Shown: positions 50,216 to 63,689 of the stretch, piece after piece
Layout: every line of letters starts with the position of its first letter
Numbering within the stretch: the first letter of the stretch is position 1
NCBI RefSeq assembly: GCF_001194135.2
Contig: NC_068984.1
Coordinates: 59,049,002 to 59,113,001, forward strand
Length of the DNA: 64,000 nt
From: Octopus bimaculoides
Taxonomy: Eukaryota
Reading direction: 5' to 3'
Notes under the pieces: model-generated
Databases searched by the model: none
What the model saw: the letters and a program-made list of their open reading frames with translations, nothing else
Told to the model about the DNA's origin: nothing
Position numbers and translations under genes: made by a program

Positions 50216-51559
50216 CACTATATTCATCATGTTTGTAATTAATTTTGATTTTGTGGTTTTATATGGAAGAAAAATAATTTTCTCTCTAGAAAGGATCCTA
50301 GTCTATAGCAGGTAACATACCTGAAGTTTCTAATGTCTTTCCTTCACGGCTAAGTAAATTAAACCGTATAGAATTATGTGACTGCCCAAATCAAGCCAAA
50401 ATATCTGAAAGGGTTATTTAAATTCACAAACCACTAGTTAAAAGTCTAACATTTTCGTCAGTCATCTATTTCACTTCTTTTTCAGTATTTATGGGCATAT
50501 TTATTTATTCTTGAATTCCATGATAAGGCTATTTTAAGGTTTTGTACCAAATATTTAACAAATCTGTAATAAGCTTATTTAATATTTAATAACAAATCCA
50601 TTATAAGTATATTTGAAATTTAATATCTTTCAAAGAATCCCACTTGCATATTATATTAAGTCTTTCTTGATAATTTGATAACCTTATAATTGAAAAACAC
50701 ATGTAGGCTTGATGTAGGGAATGCAGTTTTAAATATGTAGAAATGGGTTTATCAGAGACTTTTGTGACAAACAGTTTAATAGATATACACTCTGCTAAGG
50801 TGAAAATAGAAATTGAATAACAAAAATTAATCTGCATTATAGTTATCTCCATAATATTTCATGAACATGCCACAAACACACGCTCTAAAACATATTTGCA
50901 AACTTGCACATACAATCATGTTGATTAAATTATTTGATAAGTCTTCTTTAGTTGAGGCAATAATGTTGTTATGTTAATTGATCTTTACATCAATATTAGA
51001 TATTTAAATTATTATTTCTTAGTATGCTTTCATTAATAATGTTAATTAAACTCTGGGAATGCAAGAAACTGGTTAAATACTAGTTTATCAATCTTAAAAT
51101 TATTGATTAATTGAGATGCAATTAGCAATTTATCTATAGTATTCACTCTACGTAGTTTCCAAACTCCACAGACATGGCTTGTCACATCTGAAAAATTTAG
51201 AATACTGACAGGAATAAAATAAATTGCAATAACCAATTAGTTTGTAATGATGAGGCTCTATGTTGCTGCTCAACTGTCTGAAATAGCAGCTAAATAGCTC
51301 TACTATCTTTAAAATGGAAGGCCACATTAGGTATTGTAGTTCTAGCTTATCAAAAATATATGCTGGCCAAGGCTGCACTATATTTGATTCATAAGCCTGC
51401 TTGATCAGAACTGACCTGACACTAAACAATATCAACAGATTTAATACAAAAAATAAGATAAAACTTTTTCAAATTTCATTTGTTGGAAATATAGTGACTT
51501 CAATCATATCAGTTAAGTTTAATTAATTTAAATGCTTGGTCAAAAGATTTATTAAGAAT

Positions 51560-51745
51560 ATGTGATATTGGTTTCAAATTTTGTCTCAACGCCAGCAATT
51601 TTGGGGGAGGGGTAAGTCGATTACATTGACCCCAGTGCTTATTTATCAACCTCAAAAGAGTGAAAGGCAAAGTCAACCTAGGCAGAATTTGAACTCGGAA
51701 CTTAAAGACGAAATGCTGCTATGCATTTTGACTGGCATGTTAACA
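51560..51745 (-). mobile_element. SINE family A
   Basis: GAAAGGCAAAGTCAAC..GAATTTGAACTC. Confidence 0.8.
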
Positions 51746-52906
51746 ATTTTTCCAGCTCACTGCCTTAGGAATATATGATATTGATAATGAAAGCTGGTAT
51801 ATGAAAACTGAAGGAATATTTTTAATTTAACATTTTCAGAGATATATTTTGGAAATTTAACAGTTGACTCCATGAAGACATTTAAATTTTTTTTTTTAAA
51901 TATGTAACTTTATTAACTGATTTTCATGTTCATATATCTATCATGCTCTATTTAAGCTCAAATTATCAGTTAATCTTTCACTGTTAATATTAATCTGTTG
52001 AAAATATCAGATTTATTTTGATATATTTTTTTATGTTTTAATGGAAACATTATTAGTGTTAATTAGAGTGTAGTAGAGTCATTGTGGTTGTTTAAAACAA
52101 GCATACAATGTTATATTCACAAAAATAGTAAGTTTTTTTGTTAGTTTGGTCACCAGTACTCCATTCCACTGTATCTTGGCTGTCTCTGTATTCTGTATGG
52201 TAGAATAGAATTATCGTTTCTTTTTTTGTTTCTTTTCTTTTTAATTTCGGCTCTTTTTTGTTTTATTTGTTATATGGATATTTAATTACATATGTTTTTA
52301 ATGTATATTCATTTTTATGGCTAGATGTTCATTTTAGGCAAATTATTCCACTACTAAATAGGATGAGAGTGTCATATCAGTTTCACAGCTTTGTAGACTA
52401 GAGAAAATAATATTAAACTAGCCTGACTGGTACAAATTCCATGATCAATGAATGCTTTTATTTGTTTTAATAATTGAATTATGACTCTTCAGAACATTGT
52501 TTCATTATGTTAAATATTTCAATTAATGGTATAATGTTCTCAGTTTCATTCTATAGTTATTAATGCTTTTGATTTCATTCCTAAACTTTTAGATTCAAAC
52601 TTGTCTTATTATGTTAAATGCTTCAGTTGTATTTTCAATTTCATTCCAAAGATTAAGACTGTTACAGTGTATCAAGTGAACTCATATAATGACAAACAGA
52701 ATGAATTTATAAATCATTGCTTGAATATTAAGCAATTCTATGAGGTGGAACAGATGGCTATTTCCTATCTGGAAAAAGAAAAATAACCACCTTAACAAGT
52801 AAGTCAGTTCTTCTAGAAGGTAGGACTGTTTCCCCAGCTGCATAAACTAAGAAAACCAAATTAAGTTAGCCATAAATATTCACAACAGTTCAGAATAATC
52901 TAAGAC

Positions 52907-53152
52907 CAGTGGCAGACTGGCCAGGTTGCCAGCTTGCCTGATGCGGTTAGTATCTAAGGGGCCCATCCCCTCAAGTTTGAGAATTTTTTATTCACTCCTG
53001 GAAGAGTGCATTAATTATTTCAGCCTGGCTGTGTTTGTAGACAGTTGAAAAAAATACTTTTAACAAAAAAAAAAAAAAAAATATCATTGTAGTTGCGAGT
53101 GGACCCCCTTAGTCTCCTGGCAACCAATATTTTTAGACCCAGTCCACCACTG
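52907..53152. mobile_element. hAT-type MITE, 246 bp, with 8-bp TSD
   Basis: TIRs CAGTGGCAGACTGG / CCAGTCCACCACTG. Flanks TCTAAGAC and TGTAAGAC (7/8). Confidence 0.85.
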
Positions 53153-55867
53153 TGTAAGACTATGGAATCAATGTTTTCTAATTAAAGTTGAAGTATTTAA
53201 AATTCATTTACTTATAAACTTGTATCAAAGTATTTATCTAATTTACTTGCATTGTATATTGACAAAGTTTAGTGTTGCAATGAGAAGTGTTTTAAAAACT
53301 TGAGGTCACCTGATAAATCTTATTGAAGGTGCTTACTAATACACTTCTGCATTATTTGTGTTTATTTTTGATTTTCTTCACTATTTATAAATTCAATACA
53401 CTGCACTTTTAATAAATACAATATACTGTCATTTAAATAAATATTTATTTTCTTGAACAAAATCAAAGTTCTACTATGACACATGAATCATTACTTAGCT
53501 ATTCAACAGGTACAATCTTCATAAGATACAAGTTGTATTAACATAAAAAATCAAAGCACACTTAATCAAGCTTGTTCATTTTTGGCACTGGTTTGAAATT
53601 TGTGGATTTCTTACAGAAGATTCATATTTGAAAGAAAATAAGAGAAACAGGGACCAAGAAACTGGCTCACTGTCAAGTCATGTTGCATTCACAAAATAAT
53701 GAATATCGATACATTCTTTTGAAATATATCAAATGTAATATATAATTTTTGGAATATGTAAATGATTAATGTAGTGAAAAAATATAAATAGAAAAAAATT
53801 TAATGAAGCAATTTCAATGTAAAATTCTTGGCCCATGAAATAATTAAACTGCTGTGTAACTTAGGACAGATTTTTGATGGTAGAATCCTTAAGGAAACAA
53901 CTATTGGGAAATACCTACACACCTATCAGTGCTTGCCTGTGTTAGCTATTGTTTAGTTAAAGTGACTATGAGCAACAGATGTTGCTGGCACTAATTCATG
54001 CAGCACAGCTTTATACTTTTTATCCTTCCCCTTCTAGACCAGTCAGCACTTAGAAATTACATTTTATAAAATAATATAGCATAATCAATAGGTAAATATG
54101 GTTTGAGTATGCTTTCCTGAACCAAGATTTCTCTTGGCCTTGCTTTACTCCTATTCAGCTCTCATTGAAAGTTATTTTTCCAGGCCATTTTTATTGATTT
54201 ATTATTTCTTAATTCACCTATGACATACACTCATTCTATACATTCATTAGCACTAAACACACAATCTTTGTTTGTTTTATTTATATTCACCACTTGCTTG
54301 TAAATGTTGTTGTGATTTGCAGCTTATTCCTGTTTTTCAAGGTATCAAACAGTTAAATGACATCTCTACAACTTAATAAAAATGTCAGTTTATCACAAAT
54401 TTTGCACTTAAAAACATATAAGCTTTGCACCAAGAGCTTATAAAATACTTATCATTAACCTAGAGTTGCACTTGATGCTGACAGGAGTGATCTGTGCATT
54501 TGTGTGGCACTTGTTTACGTCTGGGTGGACTGAGTCATTGAAAGTCACCTTTGCCAAGAATACAGAATTATTGATAAGATATGAAATGTTGACCATTTAG
54601 CCCCTTGTCTGTCTCCTTATTTATTAGACTAGTTGCAGCTCCCAATGAAAATCTAAATAAGAGAATTTGTATGTCATTATGAATGAAAAATTACAGAAAT
54701 TCATTTCGATTAATTCTGTCTTATAGTGGAAGAGGTAGACTCATAATTATAGAGATTTTGTTGAAGCAATACAAGAATAAGATAGTTTTATGTTAATGCT
54801 GCTAAAATGGCTGATACAGTTATTTTTTTTATTTTCCAAAATGCTTTAGGTTAATAATTGGATAAATGCATGCTCTGAAGCAATGTGTGTGTTAAATGAA
54901 GGAAACATTCTCTGGAAGAATGACAGAACCATGGGAAAACATTAAATTAGAAGTGGCAATAGGAAGAAACGGTAATAGGAAGAAGACAAAGAAGAAGAAG
55001 ACAACCAATACTATGAATGTCGTTTATTCTAATAATGGTTGAAAAATCAAAGGAAAGAGATTGTATGTATGGACCAAGAACTGAAAAAAGATATTTCAGT
55101 TCTGGTCTGGTTGATGTTGTTGTGTAGCTCCAGATCAGCTGTGATCATGTAGATCTATGATAAAAGCATTCCAACCATAACCACCTCATCTTATTTTCAG
55201 ATAATATATCCAGCACTACATTATCCAATGTGTCCTTTCTTTCAAAGACAGTAAGGTGTGGTTTGAGCAGAATATGATAATTTCTAGCAGGTTGACAACC
55301 TCATAACAGCTTTCTGATAAGGCTTCTGTTTTGTTGTGTTGGTGAGATATAAATGAAGACACCATTGGTTAAACAGAGTGAGATATTGTAGAGATAATAA
55401 TTTGTTGCAAGTAGTGAAGTGGAGAAAGCAAAGTTACAAGAAGGTTGGACTGGAAATTTTACAATACCTAATTTTCATTCATTTTCTTCATATCTTGCCA
55501 GAAGAAAATTTACCTTTTCTCTTTCTAGTCCATTAATTTACTTATCTTCCAGAGATTCAGTAATTTCTGGCACTAAATGGAGTACTTGGACCTGAAAAGT
55601 TCTTTGTTGGGGTTACTCATTTGACTAATTTCCATTGAAAAGTACCTAATTTGTAGGAATTTGGTGCATAAGGAGTGAATGAGAATCATGTTTCTGGAAT
55701 ATCAGAATTTTGTTTGTATTAACGACAATATAGCTCAAGTGGATGCCTAAATTAAAAAAAGAAGACAGTTCTATCAATGTGGAAACATTTGATCACTATG
55801 AGCAAATCATTTGTGCAGGTCATTCAGCAAAAGCTGAATGCTCATACATCATATTCAGAGGGAGAGT

Positions 55868-55909
<42 letters not shown>

Positions 55910-55912
<3 letters not shown>

Positions 55913-57700
55913 GAAATTTACAGAAAAACAAAAAACAAAGACAGGTGTATGAACAACAAGCAGGTGTATTAGTTTGGCACTTGGGAAAGTGAGAAAGTCT
56001 TTTAAGTTTCAAGCCTACGCTCTTCAAAAGAAAGGAATAAGAAAAAATAAACAAAAAAAGAATAAAAAAACCTTGTGGATTTAGTGATCAAGCATGGCGA
56101 CTGGTTGGAAAAAAAGGTTTCACAGGAGAGGTAGAAAGAAAGGGAAATAACAAAGTATTGGTGATCCCAAAACGAAGGTGTGTGTGTATGTGAGAATGTG
56201 TAAGTGTGTGTGTGGACAGGGGCTACTGACTTTGATATGTGGATGTGTGTGTGTGTGTGTGCATCTGTAATGTGTGGGGTGGATGGGGTAGTGGTAGGCT
56301 ATGTGGGAGTGGGTGTGAGGGGTATCAATGAAGAGAGGTGGGTAGGAGTGAAGAGAGGAAGAGAGGAGAGGAGAGGAGAAGTGGGTAGGAGTGAAGAGAG
56401 GAAGTAGGTGTCAGATGAAGAGATGAGAGGAGGAGAGTCAGATGAAGAGAGGAGGAGAGTCAGAGGAGGAGAGGAGGGGAGTTGAGCCCATGTGGCACAA
56501 AGGAGCAAAGAGAACATTAATTCCTGTTCATGGCGAAGGCAGGAGTCTGGATGGCCCCTATGCAAAAACAATCCAAACACATACAGGTGTTGTAGTGAAC
56601 GACTGATAGAGCAGAAATGGCATGAGACTGGGGTGTCATTGCTGAGTCTGATGTCCGGTCAGCCAAGCGGTGTCCCATTTGACCTATGTACAAAGAAGGG
56701 CAGAAAGTGCAGGAGATGCAGTAAATGACATTGCTAGAAGTGCAGTTAAAGGAGTCAGTGATATGATAGGGACAGTGATGGGTGCCTGTGAGCATGGTGG
56801 TGTTGGAGAGGTAGGGGCAAGTGCAGCAGTGTGGGTGGGAGCAGGAGAACGAGCCAGTTTGAGAGGTGAGGTTAGGGCAGAAACTGCAGACCAGAAGGTC
56901 ACGCAGGTTGTGGGTTCATTTGAAGGAGGGAAGAGGTAGGCTGGGGAAGATGTACAAGGTGGAGGGGTCAGACTGAAGTCTCCGGAAGGCTCAGAGAATG
57001 GTGCATTCAAGGGTGGGGGGATGATAGGTGAAGGGAAACAGGAGATGGGCAATGGTGGGGCAGGTGCGGGATGAGAGAGCAGAGGCACAGTCCACAGAAC
57101 ATGCTCTGGCAAGGGCTGTGTGGATAGTGGTGAGGGGATATCTACAAAGGATGAAGTAGCAAGCCATGATTTGAGAGTTAGTCTCAAAGTCATGGTTGTC
57201 ACTGCAGAGCCTGCACAGATGGAGGATTTAAGAGTAGGGGGATGGTGAGCTTGGAGTGGGTAGGGTGGAAGGAGAAGTTATGGTATGAGTGTGAGTTGGT
57301 GTGTTTCCAGTAGGTGGAGGTAGTAAGAGCAGAGTGGTGTATGTCAAGTAATGTGACAGAAGTGTTGGAAATAGTACAGGAGAATTCAAGGGCAGGATGG
57401 AAGGATTGGACAAAAGAGAGGAAGGAGTCTAGTTGTTCATGGGAGAGTGAGGTTGCACCAATACAGTCATCAATATAATGACCGTATAGTTCTGAAGTGG
57501 GTTCAGTGAATCATGAGAATATCTAGGCCTCAACATGGCCAACAAACAGGTTCACATAGTTGGGGCCCATTGTTGTTCCCATGGCCACTCCCGAGAACTG
57601 TTGGTAAAAATCCCCCACAAATGAGAAGTTGAGGGAGAGAACAAGTTTAGCCAGACGAAGAAGTGTGTAGGTGTCAGGTTGGGATTAGGGTCGAAGGTCT
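55910..57700 (-). mobile_element. Penelope-like element, 5'-truncated and decayed: RT + GIY-YIG endonuclease + low-complexity 3' region + terminal repeat
   Basis: GVAMGTTMGPNY..YIDDCIG..FHPALEF..HSYHNFS..IPYS; LCSDNHDF; FNCTSSNVIYCISCTFCPSLYIGQ (56517-56795). Decayed hammerhead core at 55997-56031. Ends at (TA)n. Confidence 0.92.
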
Positions 57701-60239
57701 ATATACATGAGACACACAAATAGCCTGTAAACTTTTCATTTAATGAATTTGAACAAAAGTAATCAAAAACGAAATTGAAGATAAAAATGTTTTAAACAAT
57801 GATGTTAAAAATGAAGAAAATCGAACTTCAAAATACTCCATTGTTAAGCATTAAACAAATCACTGCTTTAGATTATTTAATAGTTCATACCACAAAATAG
57901 ACTATAATTTTCTGCATTTGTTCACTGTCTATGTTATGTTTACATGTGATATATCAACATGTATGTGTGTATTGATGTATCACTACAATTTGAGTACTGA
58001 TGTACTCAAAATATAGTTGTGTTGTTTTGTACATATTTCGCTGCTTTTGTTTATGCTTTTCACACATGAATAGTGTCATATTATACGTACATATATATAC
58101 CAAACTTTTACTGTAAGAAGAATTATTATTACCCTTTGGAATATAATAATTATATGGCAACTAATGACTAATGACCTTAATAGCTAAAGCACTATAATAG
58201 AATATGAATAGCGATATTGTATTAATTTCAGGAAATTGGAACATTAATGATAATTATGCTATTAATTCAAATATATTTTGACCATGAACAAGGCACATTT
58301 TTTGCATGGGTAAATAAATAGCTAGTACTAATTTTTATTCACTCTGGAGAGAAGAGAGATAAAGTTGTCTCACCTTTGTGACATTTAGTACAAGCAAATA
58401 AAATGAATGTTCATTAATGTACCAGCATTAAGGAAGGAAACTGGATACTTTCTACAGTAGTTTTCCTTCTTTTCTTTTTAACTGTTTGTAGTGAATTCTT
58501 TATTATCTTAAAGTAATTAATACCAATTTTGTAAGACGGGAAATTTAGTGGTTATCCTCTTTTGAAGTAGCATCAAATCACATTTAAGGATTGATGCTTT
58601 TTTTTTTTTTTTAGTTAAAATCCTTTATCAAACATTCTCAATTTTTATTTCTGAACTCTTTTATTAGTAAATAAACTGAATTTTCTTTCTGAAGTGTGAA
58701 AGTGGTTTTCAAACTCCAACAACTTGGGATATTTAACAAGTTTTAGGCAACAGCTACAGTCGGCTGAGTTAATATGGTATCAGGCAACTATTTGAAGTGT
58801 TGGTGGTTCATTTCCTATTATTGATGCTAATCTATGTCCATGGCCAAAGCACTTAATATTTTCTGACTTTGTCTACCTAAATGTAAATAGATAATGGATC
58901 AATATTTTGTTAGCTTGTAGTTCAATTCCTTATTTGTGTCCAATATGACAATAGCAAACCAGTCTTAGAGATCCTAAAATCACCTGAGTCATCAGGAATT
59001 AAAATTCATTGCAACATCTTCAATAGAAAACTACGACAAATTTTCTCTCAGATTTACAATGATGTTCACCTTATAGTTCAAACATTGCATTTTTTAAAAT
59101 TACTAGGAAATTCTGAATAAGTCCAGGTGAATCTATATGCATCATAGATCTTTCACCATGCTACTCTGATCTTCAGTCATTAGCCAGTCTACATTCTCTA
59201 ACATTGTCATTGTTTATTGTCCATAATAACATTATTAGTGTAATACAACAAATACATAACAATTGTCTCAGAGATTGTATTTTGTTGATTTTTTTTGATT
59301 TTTTTTTTTTTACTTGAAGCAAAAAGAATCATCTAATTTATTTGTGAGGGATATTGTGACTTTTGTGTTTTCATAATTGCATTAGACTATAATCATTACA
59401 ACAATAAATCAAAACTGAGCTGAAAACTGGGCTCACTATGAGTGTATCCTCTGCTTTGGATCCCAAATTATTTACTATGCTGAGTTTATTCAACTAAAAC
59501 TCTTCTCTAGTACTCTTTGAGAATCAGCCTAGTGATGTCATTAATGTATATTCTATAGCAATCTAATTTCTGTTAATTATTGAAAATATTTAAAAATAAA
59601 TAATTGACAAATTTATACTTTTTCCCTCAAACAAAAATATAATATCAATTTTGTTCATTGACTTGAAGTATCTGACTTATTTAGACAAAAATAAGAATTT
59701 GCTTTTCCCAAGGGCATTACTGACACTGGAATTGAAATCATGTCATTGACTTGATTTGTTGACACTTTGCTGCATTACTGCTGTACTTATCACTACTTTC
59801 AAAGTATTTTAACTTAATCCTAAATTCTGGCTCACATAGGCAGTTCCTGTTGTACAAGCAGAAGATATCAGATAAATTTTGGTTTGGCCAAATTGCTTGT
59901 TTATCACAGCAGCTAACTTTCTAGAATATCTGGAATCGATTCTCCAGGTAAATGGAGGAAGCGTCTTAATTATCATCACACAGTAAAGATGTCATTCTGC
60001 AAAATGACTTGGAGCACTTAAAAAATCAGGTACCTTACTCAAAAGTATTATGGAAATATCTGTAGAAAGATACACATTCATAATCCCATAGCTATGAATC
60101 TTATAGCTTTTCCAAACAGTTACATCACCATTGCAAAGTTAACTATGTTATTGATAACAACTAAAAAAAGATGCTTCTTTTCTGCTCACCAACTTGATGG
60201 AGCTTTGGCAAGTTTGCAGTTTGGCTTTGTGATGCTATT

Positions 60240-60895
60240 TTCACAAGTGAAGTATTTAACTAAGAATGAGCCATTGAACATGGCATTTGTTGATCTGGAG
60301 AAAGCCAGGAGGAATTGGTGTCATCAGATGGTGTATGTGTGTGAGGGTATATATATGTATGGATAGAGGATAGACAGAAATCACCTGGTCCATCAGGAGT
60401 CACTGCTGAGATGCTTAAAATATCTGGTAGTGTAGGATACAGTCCAGTCACCCATATCAGGTTATTCAGGAAGGTGTAATTCCCAGAGACTGATAAGCAC
60501 CATCATAGTCAGCTGCTACAAAGTTAAGGGAGATTCCTTAGATAAAAGTGATTATTGAAGCATCAAATTGCTGGACCAAGTGATGGAAGTATTGGAGAGT
60601 TAATTGGGAACAGAATTAGGCTAGATGAATGGCTATTTTCACAAGTGAAGTATTTAGCTAAGAATAAGCCATTGAACATGGCATTTGTTGATCTGAAGAA
60701 AGCTATGAACAGCGTGCCTCTGTCTATGATATGTCACTGAGGAAGCTAGGCATAGATGAATGGCTTGTTAAAGCAATACAGGTCATGTACAGGGGTGCAG
60801 TTTGTAAGATAAGAGTTAAGCATGACTAGAGTGATAAAGTTAGCATAGAGGTAGGCTGTCACCAAGTTTCAGTCTGCAGCCCCCTCCTTGTCATC
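60240..60895 (+). mobile_element. Rearranged, decayed RTE RT fragment
   Basis: KSPGPSGVTAEMLKISG; QVKYLAKNKPLNMAFVDLKKAM..LRKLGIDEWLVKAIQVMY. A ~70-bp block occurs twice (60240-60305 and 60640-60705). Confidence 0.8.
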
Positions 60896-61340
60896 TTCCA
60901 AATATAATCGACTTAACCCCTCCCCCAAAATCTTAGGCCATGTGCCTATAATAGAAAGGATTATTATCGTTATTTTTATTATCCAGCAAACGAAATTAGG
61001 TGTTTTCATTGATATTTCAAAATTTTAATCAATCATTGAGCTTCTTTTTCATATGTTGTCAAATGAATATAAAGCTGGGAGGTTTATATTTTCCCACACT
61101 GTTTTGTATTTGTTACTAAAACAATATTTTGTAGCCAGACCTGAACATCTGATTTATGAAGGTAGGGAAATGAGGAGTTATGTTATATTATTCACATTTT
61201 TCCTAAAAGCATTAATGGCTTTGGGAACTGAAACTCAGTCATTGACCCTTTTACGAGTACAATACAACTACATGTATGAAAACAACAGATCAGATGGTTA
61301 CAGCTGCTCAATCAAGGCCGACTCAGTTCTAAACAACAGT

Positions 61341-61725
61341 TGTTTGTTGGCACTCCGTCGCTTATGACATCAAGGGTTCCAGTTGATCCGATCAACGGAA
61401 CAGCCTGCTCGTGAAATTAACGTGCAAATGGCTGAGCACTCCACAGACAGTGTACCCTTAACATAGTTCTCGGGGATATTCAGCATGACACAGTGTGACA
61501 AGGCTGACCCTTTGAATTACAGGCACAACAGAAACAGGAAGTAAGAGTGACAGAAAGTTGTGGTGAAAGAATACAGCAGGGTTCGCCACCATCCCCTGCC
61601 GGAGCCTCGTGGAGCTTTAGGTGTTTTCGCTCAATAAACACTCACAATGCCCTGTCTGGGAATCGAAACTACGATCCTATGACCATGAGTCCGCTGCCCT
61701 AACCACTGGGCCATTGCGCCTCCAC
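61341..61725 (-). mobile_element. Young tRNA-headed SINE with 13-bp TSD
   Basis: A box TGGCCCAGTGG, B box GTTTCGATTCC, (CAA)n-like tail. TSD TCTAAACAACAGT (61328-61340) / TCTAAAGAACAGT (61726-61738). Confidence 0.9.
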
Positions 61726-63030
61726 TCTAAAGAACAGTAACAGCATGAATACTGAATCTTTTAGTGGTGTCCCTATTGACTCAATAGACTTATAGGACTA
61801 ACTTTTCACTCTTGTATATTGACTCACAACATTCTAGCTACTTGACTCATTATGGTGCTAGATTGACTCCTTTACAAGAATGATGTTGTGTTTCTTAACT
61901 CTAAATTTACAATGAAGTGGCTCAACTGAAAATTGGTACTTTGGGTGGACTTGTACAGCTTGAGGTTTTATGCAATTTGGAGGTGTTGTATAATTTAAAC
62001 TGTGAGATGATACATTAGCTCACAGAGCATGCTGAAATCCTCTTGAAAGTAGTTGGTTAAATCTGTAGTAACCTAGCATTATCTTCAAAAGTGATGCTAT
62101 GAAAACTGGGCATAACTATCAGCAGTTGGTAACAATTTCCAGTAATAATAGGAGATAAAACAAAACAAACAGAGATATAGTAACTCTTATTATGCTTTGA
62201 TCTCCTTATCAATTCAGAAAAAGAAATAAGGCCACATATGACCAATGTTATAAGCTGTAAACATAAAAAAAAGAAAGTTTGTTGAATGTTTTTTTTTTTC
62301 TTACCTGAAACTGGTGTGTTCAGCTAGGGTTTTGTGTGTGTATGTGCGTGTGTGTGCGTGCATGCTAAAGTAATAGATGCAAGGAATTCAGCTGAACAGA
62401 AATTTCATACAGAAAGATTTCTTCCAACTCCAATGCAAACATACGCAACACTGAGAGCTAGTGGAAATTAAGTTTGCTCTACATTGTATACTAGACAAGT
62501 GGCTTATCAGTGAGTAGAAATTGTATCAAAAGAGGCCTCTCCCATATAAACAAAATTATAATGTACTGAATTGTGTATGAGCTAAGACAAGTTAAAAGGT
62601 GGACTCAAGTACACACACACACACATACAATTATGAAAATGGATACTAATTACACATATGTACAAGTAATATAATCCTGTATGGTAGTTGTCTGGAATAT
62701 TGAACAATCAATATCAAACTTTTACACTTGCACTAATTCACTCATTCGCATCCTCACACTCTTCCTTACATACACATATACACTCAACAGGGGTGGAGGG
62801 TGTGATACACTGGTACAGATACACTCTTAAGCTAGCATGGAATGCTCAATACATCAGCATTGTACTTACATGTACTAACATGCATTCATATATGCACCCT
62901 TATTCATTCCTACACATATATCCTTACAAATTTTCATATGCATACCTATACAGGCATTTACATGTACACATACTAACATATTTTTATACGTATATCCCAC
63001 TCCCACTCTCTCTTTCTCTATGTGTGTATG

Positions 63031-63070
<40 letters not shown>

Positions 63071-63689
63071 TTTATTTATTTGAATATATATATGTGTATA
63101 TAACTCATGCAGAAAAATCTTTTTTTTATTGTTATCTATTTAAATTTTGCCAAATTTGTATATAGCATAGAAAACTCATATACATGCATTACTTTAATTC
63201 CTTTTATATCATTAAGCTTATCCAAAAATTCAACACTAGATTTAATAATCAGCAACAAATTCACATCAGAATTTTTCTATATTGTTTTGAAACTTATGCA
63301 TGGTTGAACAATCTGCACTCACATAGAATATACAGTCAGAAACAAATAATAGCAATTTCCAAACCAGTGTGATTGCTCGACCTGTTGGTGGAAAATGACA
63401 GTATGGTCATGGCTGGAATGTCTCATCAAAGATCTGCTCTATCAGAGATGACCTGGAGGCTAAACAACAACTGATGAAGCCACTACATGTTTGCATGGCC
63501 TGCTAGAATTAGCAGCAAAGTCATCCTCAAATTACATCCTACTGTTTTTAAGAAAGGAAGAACACATTAGAATGATTTAGTCCTAAATCCAGTGTATCTT
63601 AATGAGTAGATAGGCTGTTTAGTTGCTGCTGGAATGCGATTGATTGTATAGGTTTGGAACTGGGTCTACACAAGTGGCAAATTTTAATT

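Noticed and set aside
52601-52800. 61-aa ORF near a CAA|GTAAGT donor as the exon following 43657
   Set aside because: A stop precedes the donor in every frame and the peptide is unrecognisable.
56684-57202. 172-aa Pro/Ser-rich ORF
   Set aside because: Off-frame reading of the Penelope RT-endonuclease linker. The homologous frame is a different one.
58975-59070. KSPESSGI..LRQIFSQIYN as an L1/Tx1 RT start, and similarly WLKTTCGI at about 18150
   Set aside because: Single short motifs without flanking support.
22968-61725. tRNA genes
   Set aside because: The A/B boxes belong to SINE heads. They lack a cloverleaf and a terminator and run on into SINE bodies.
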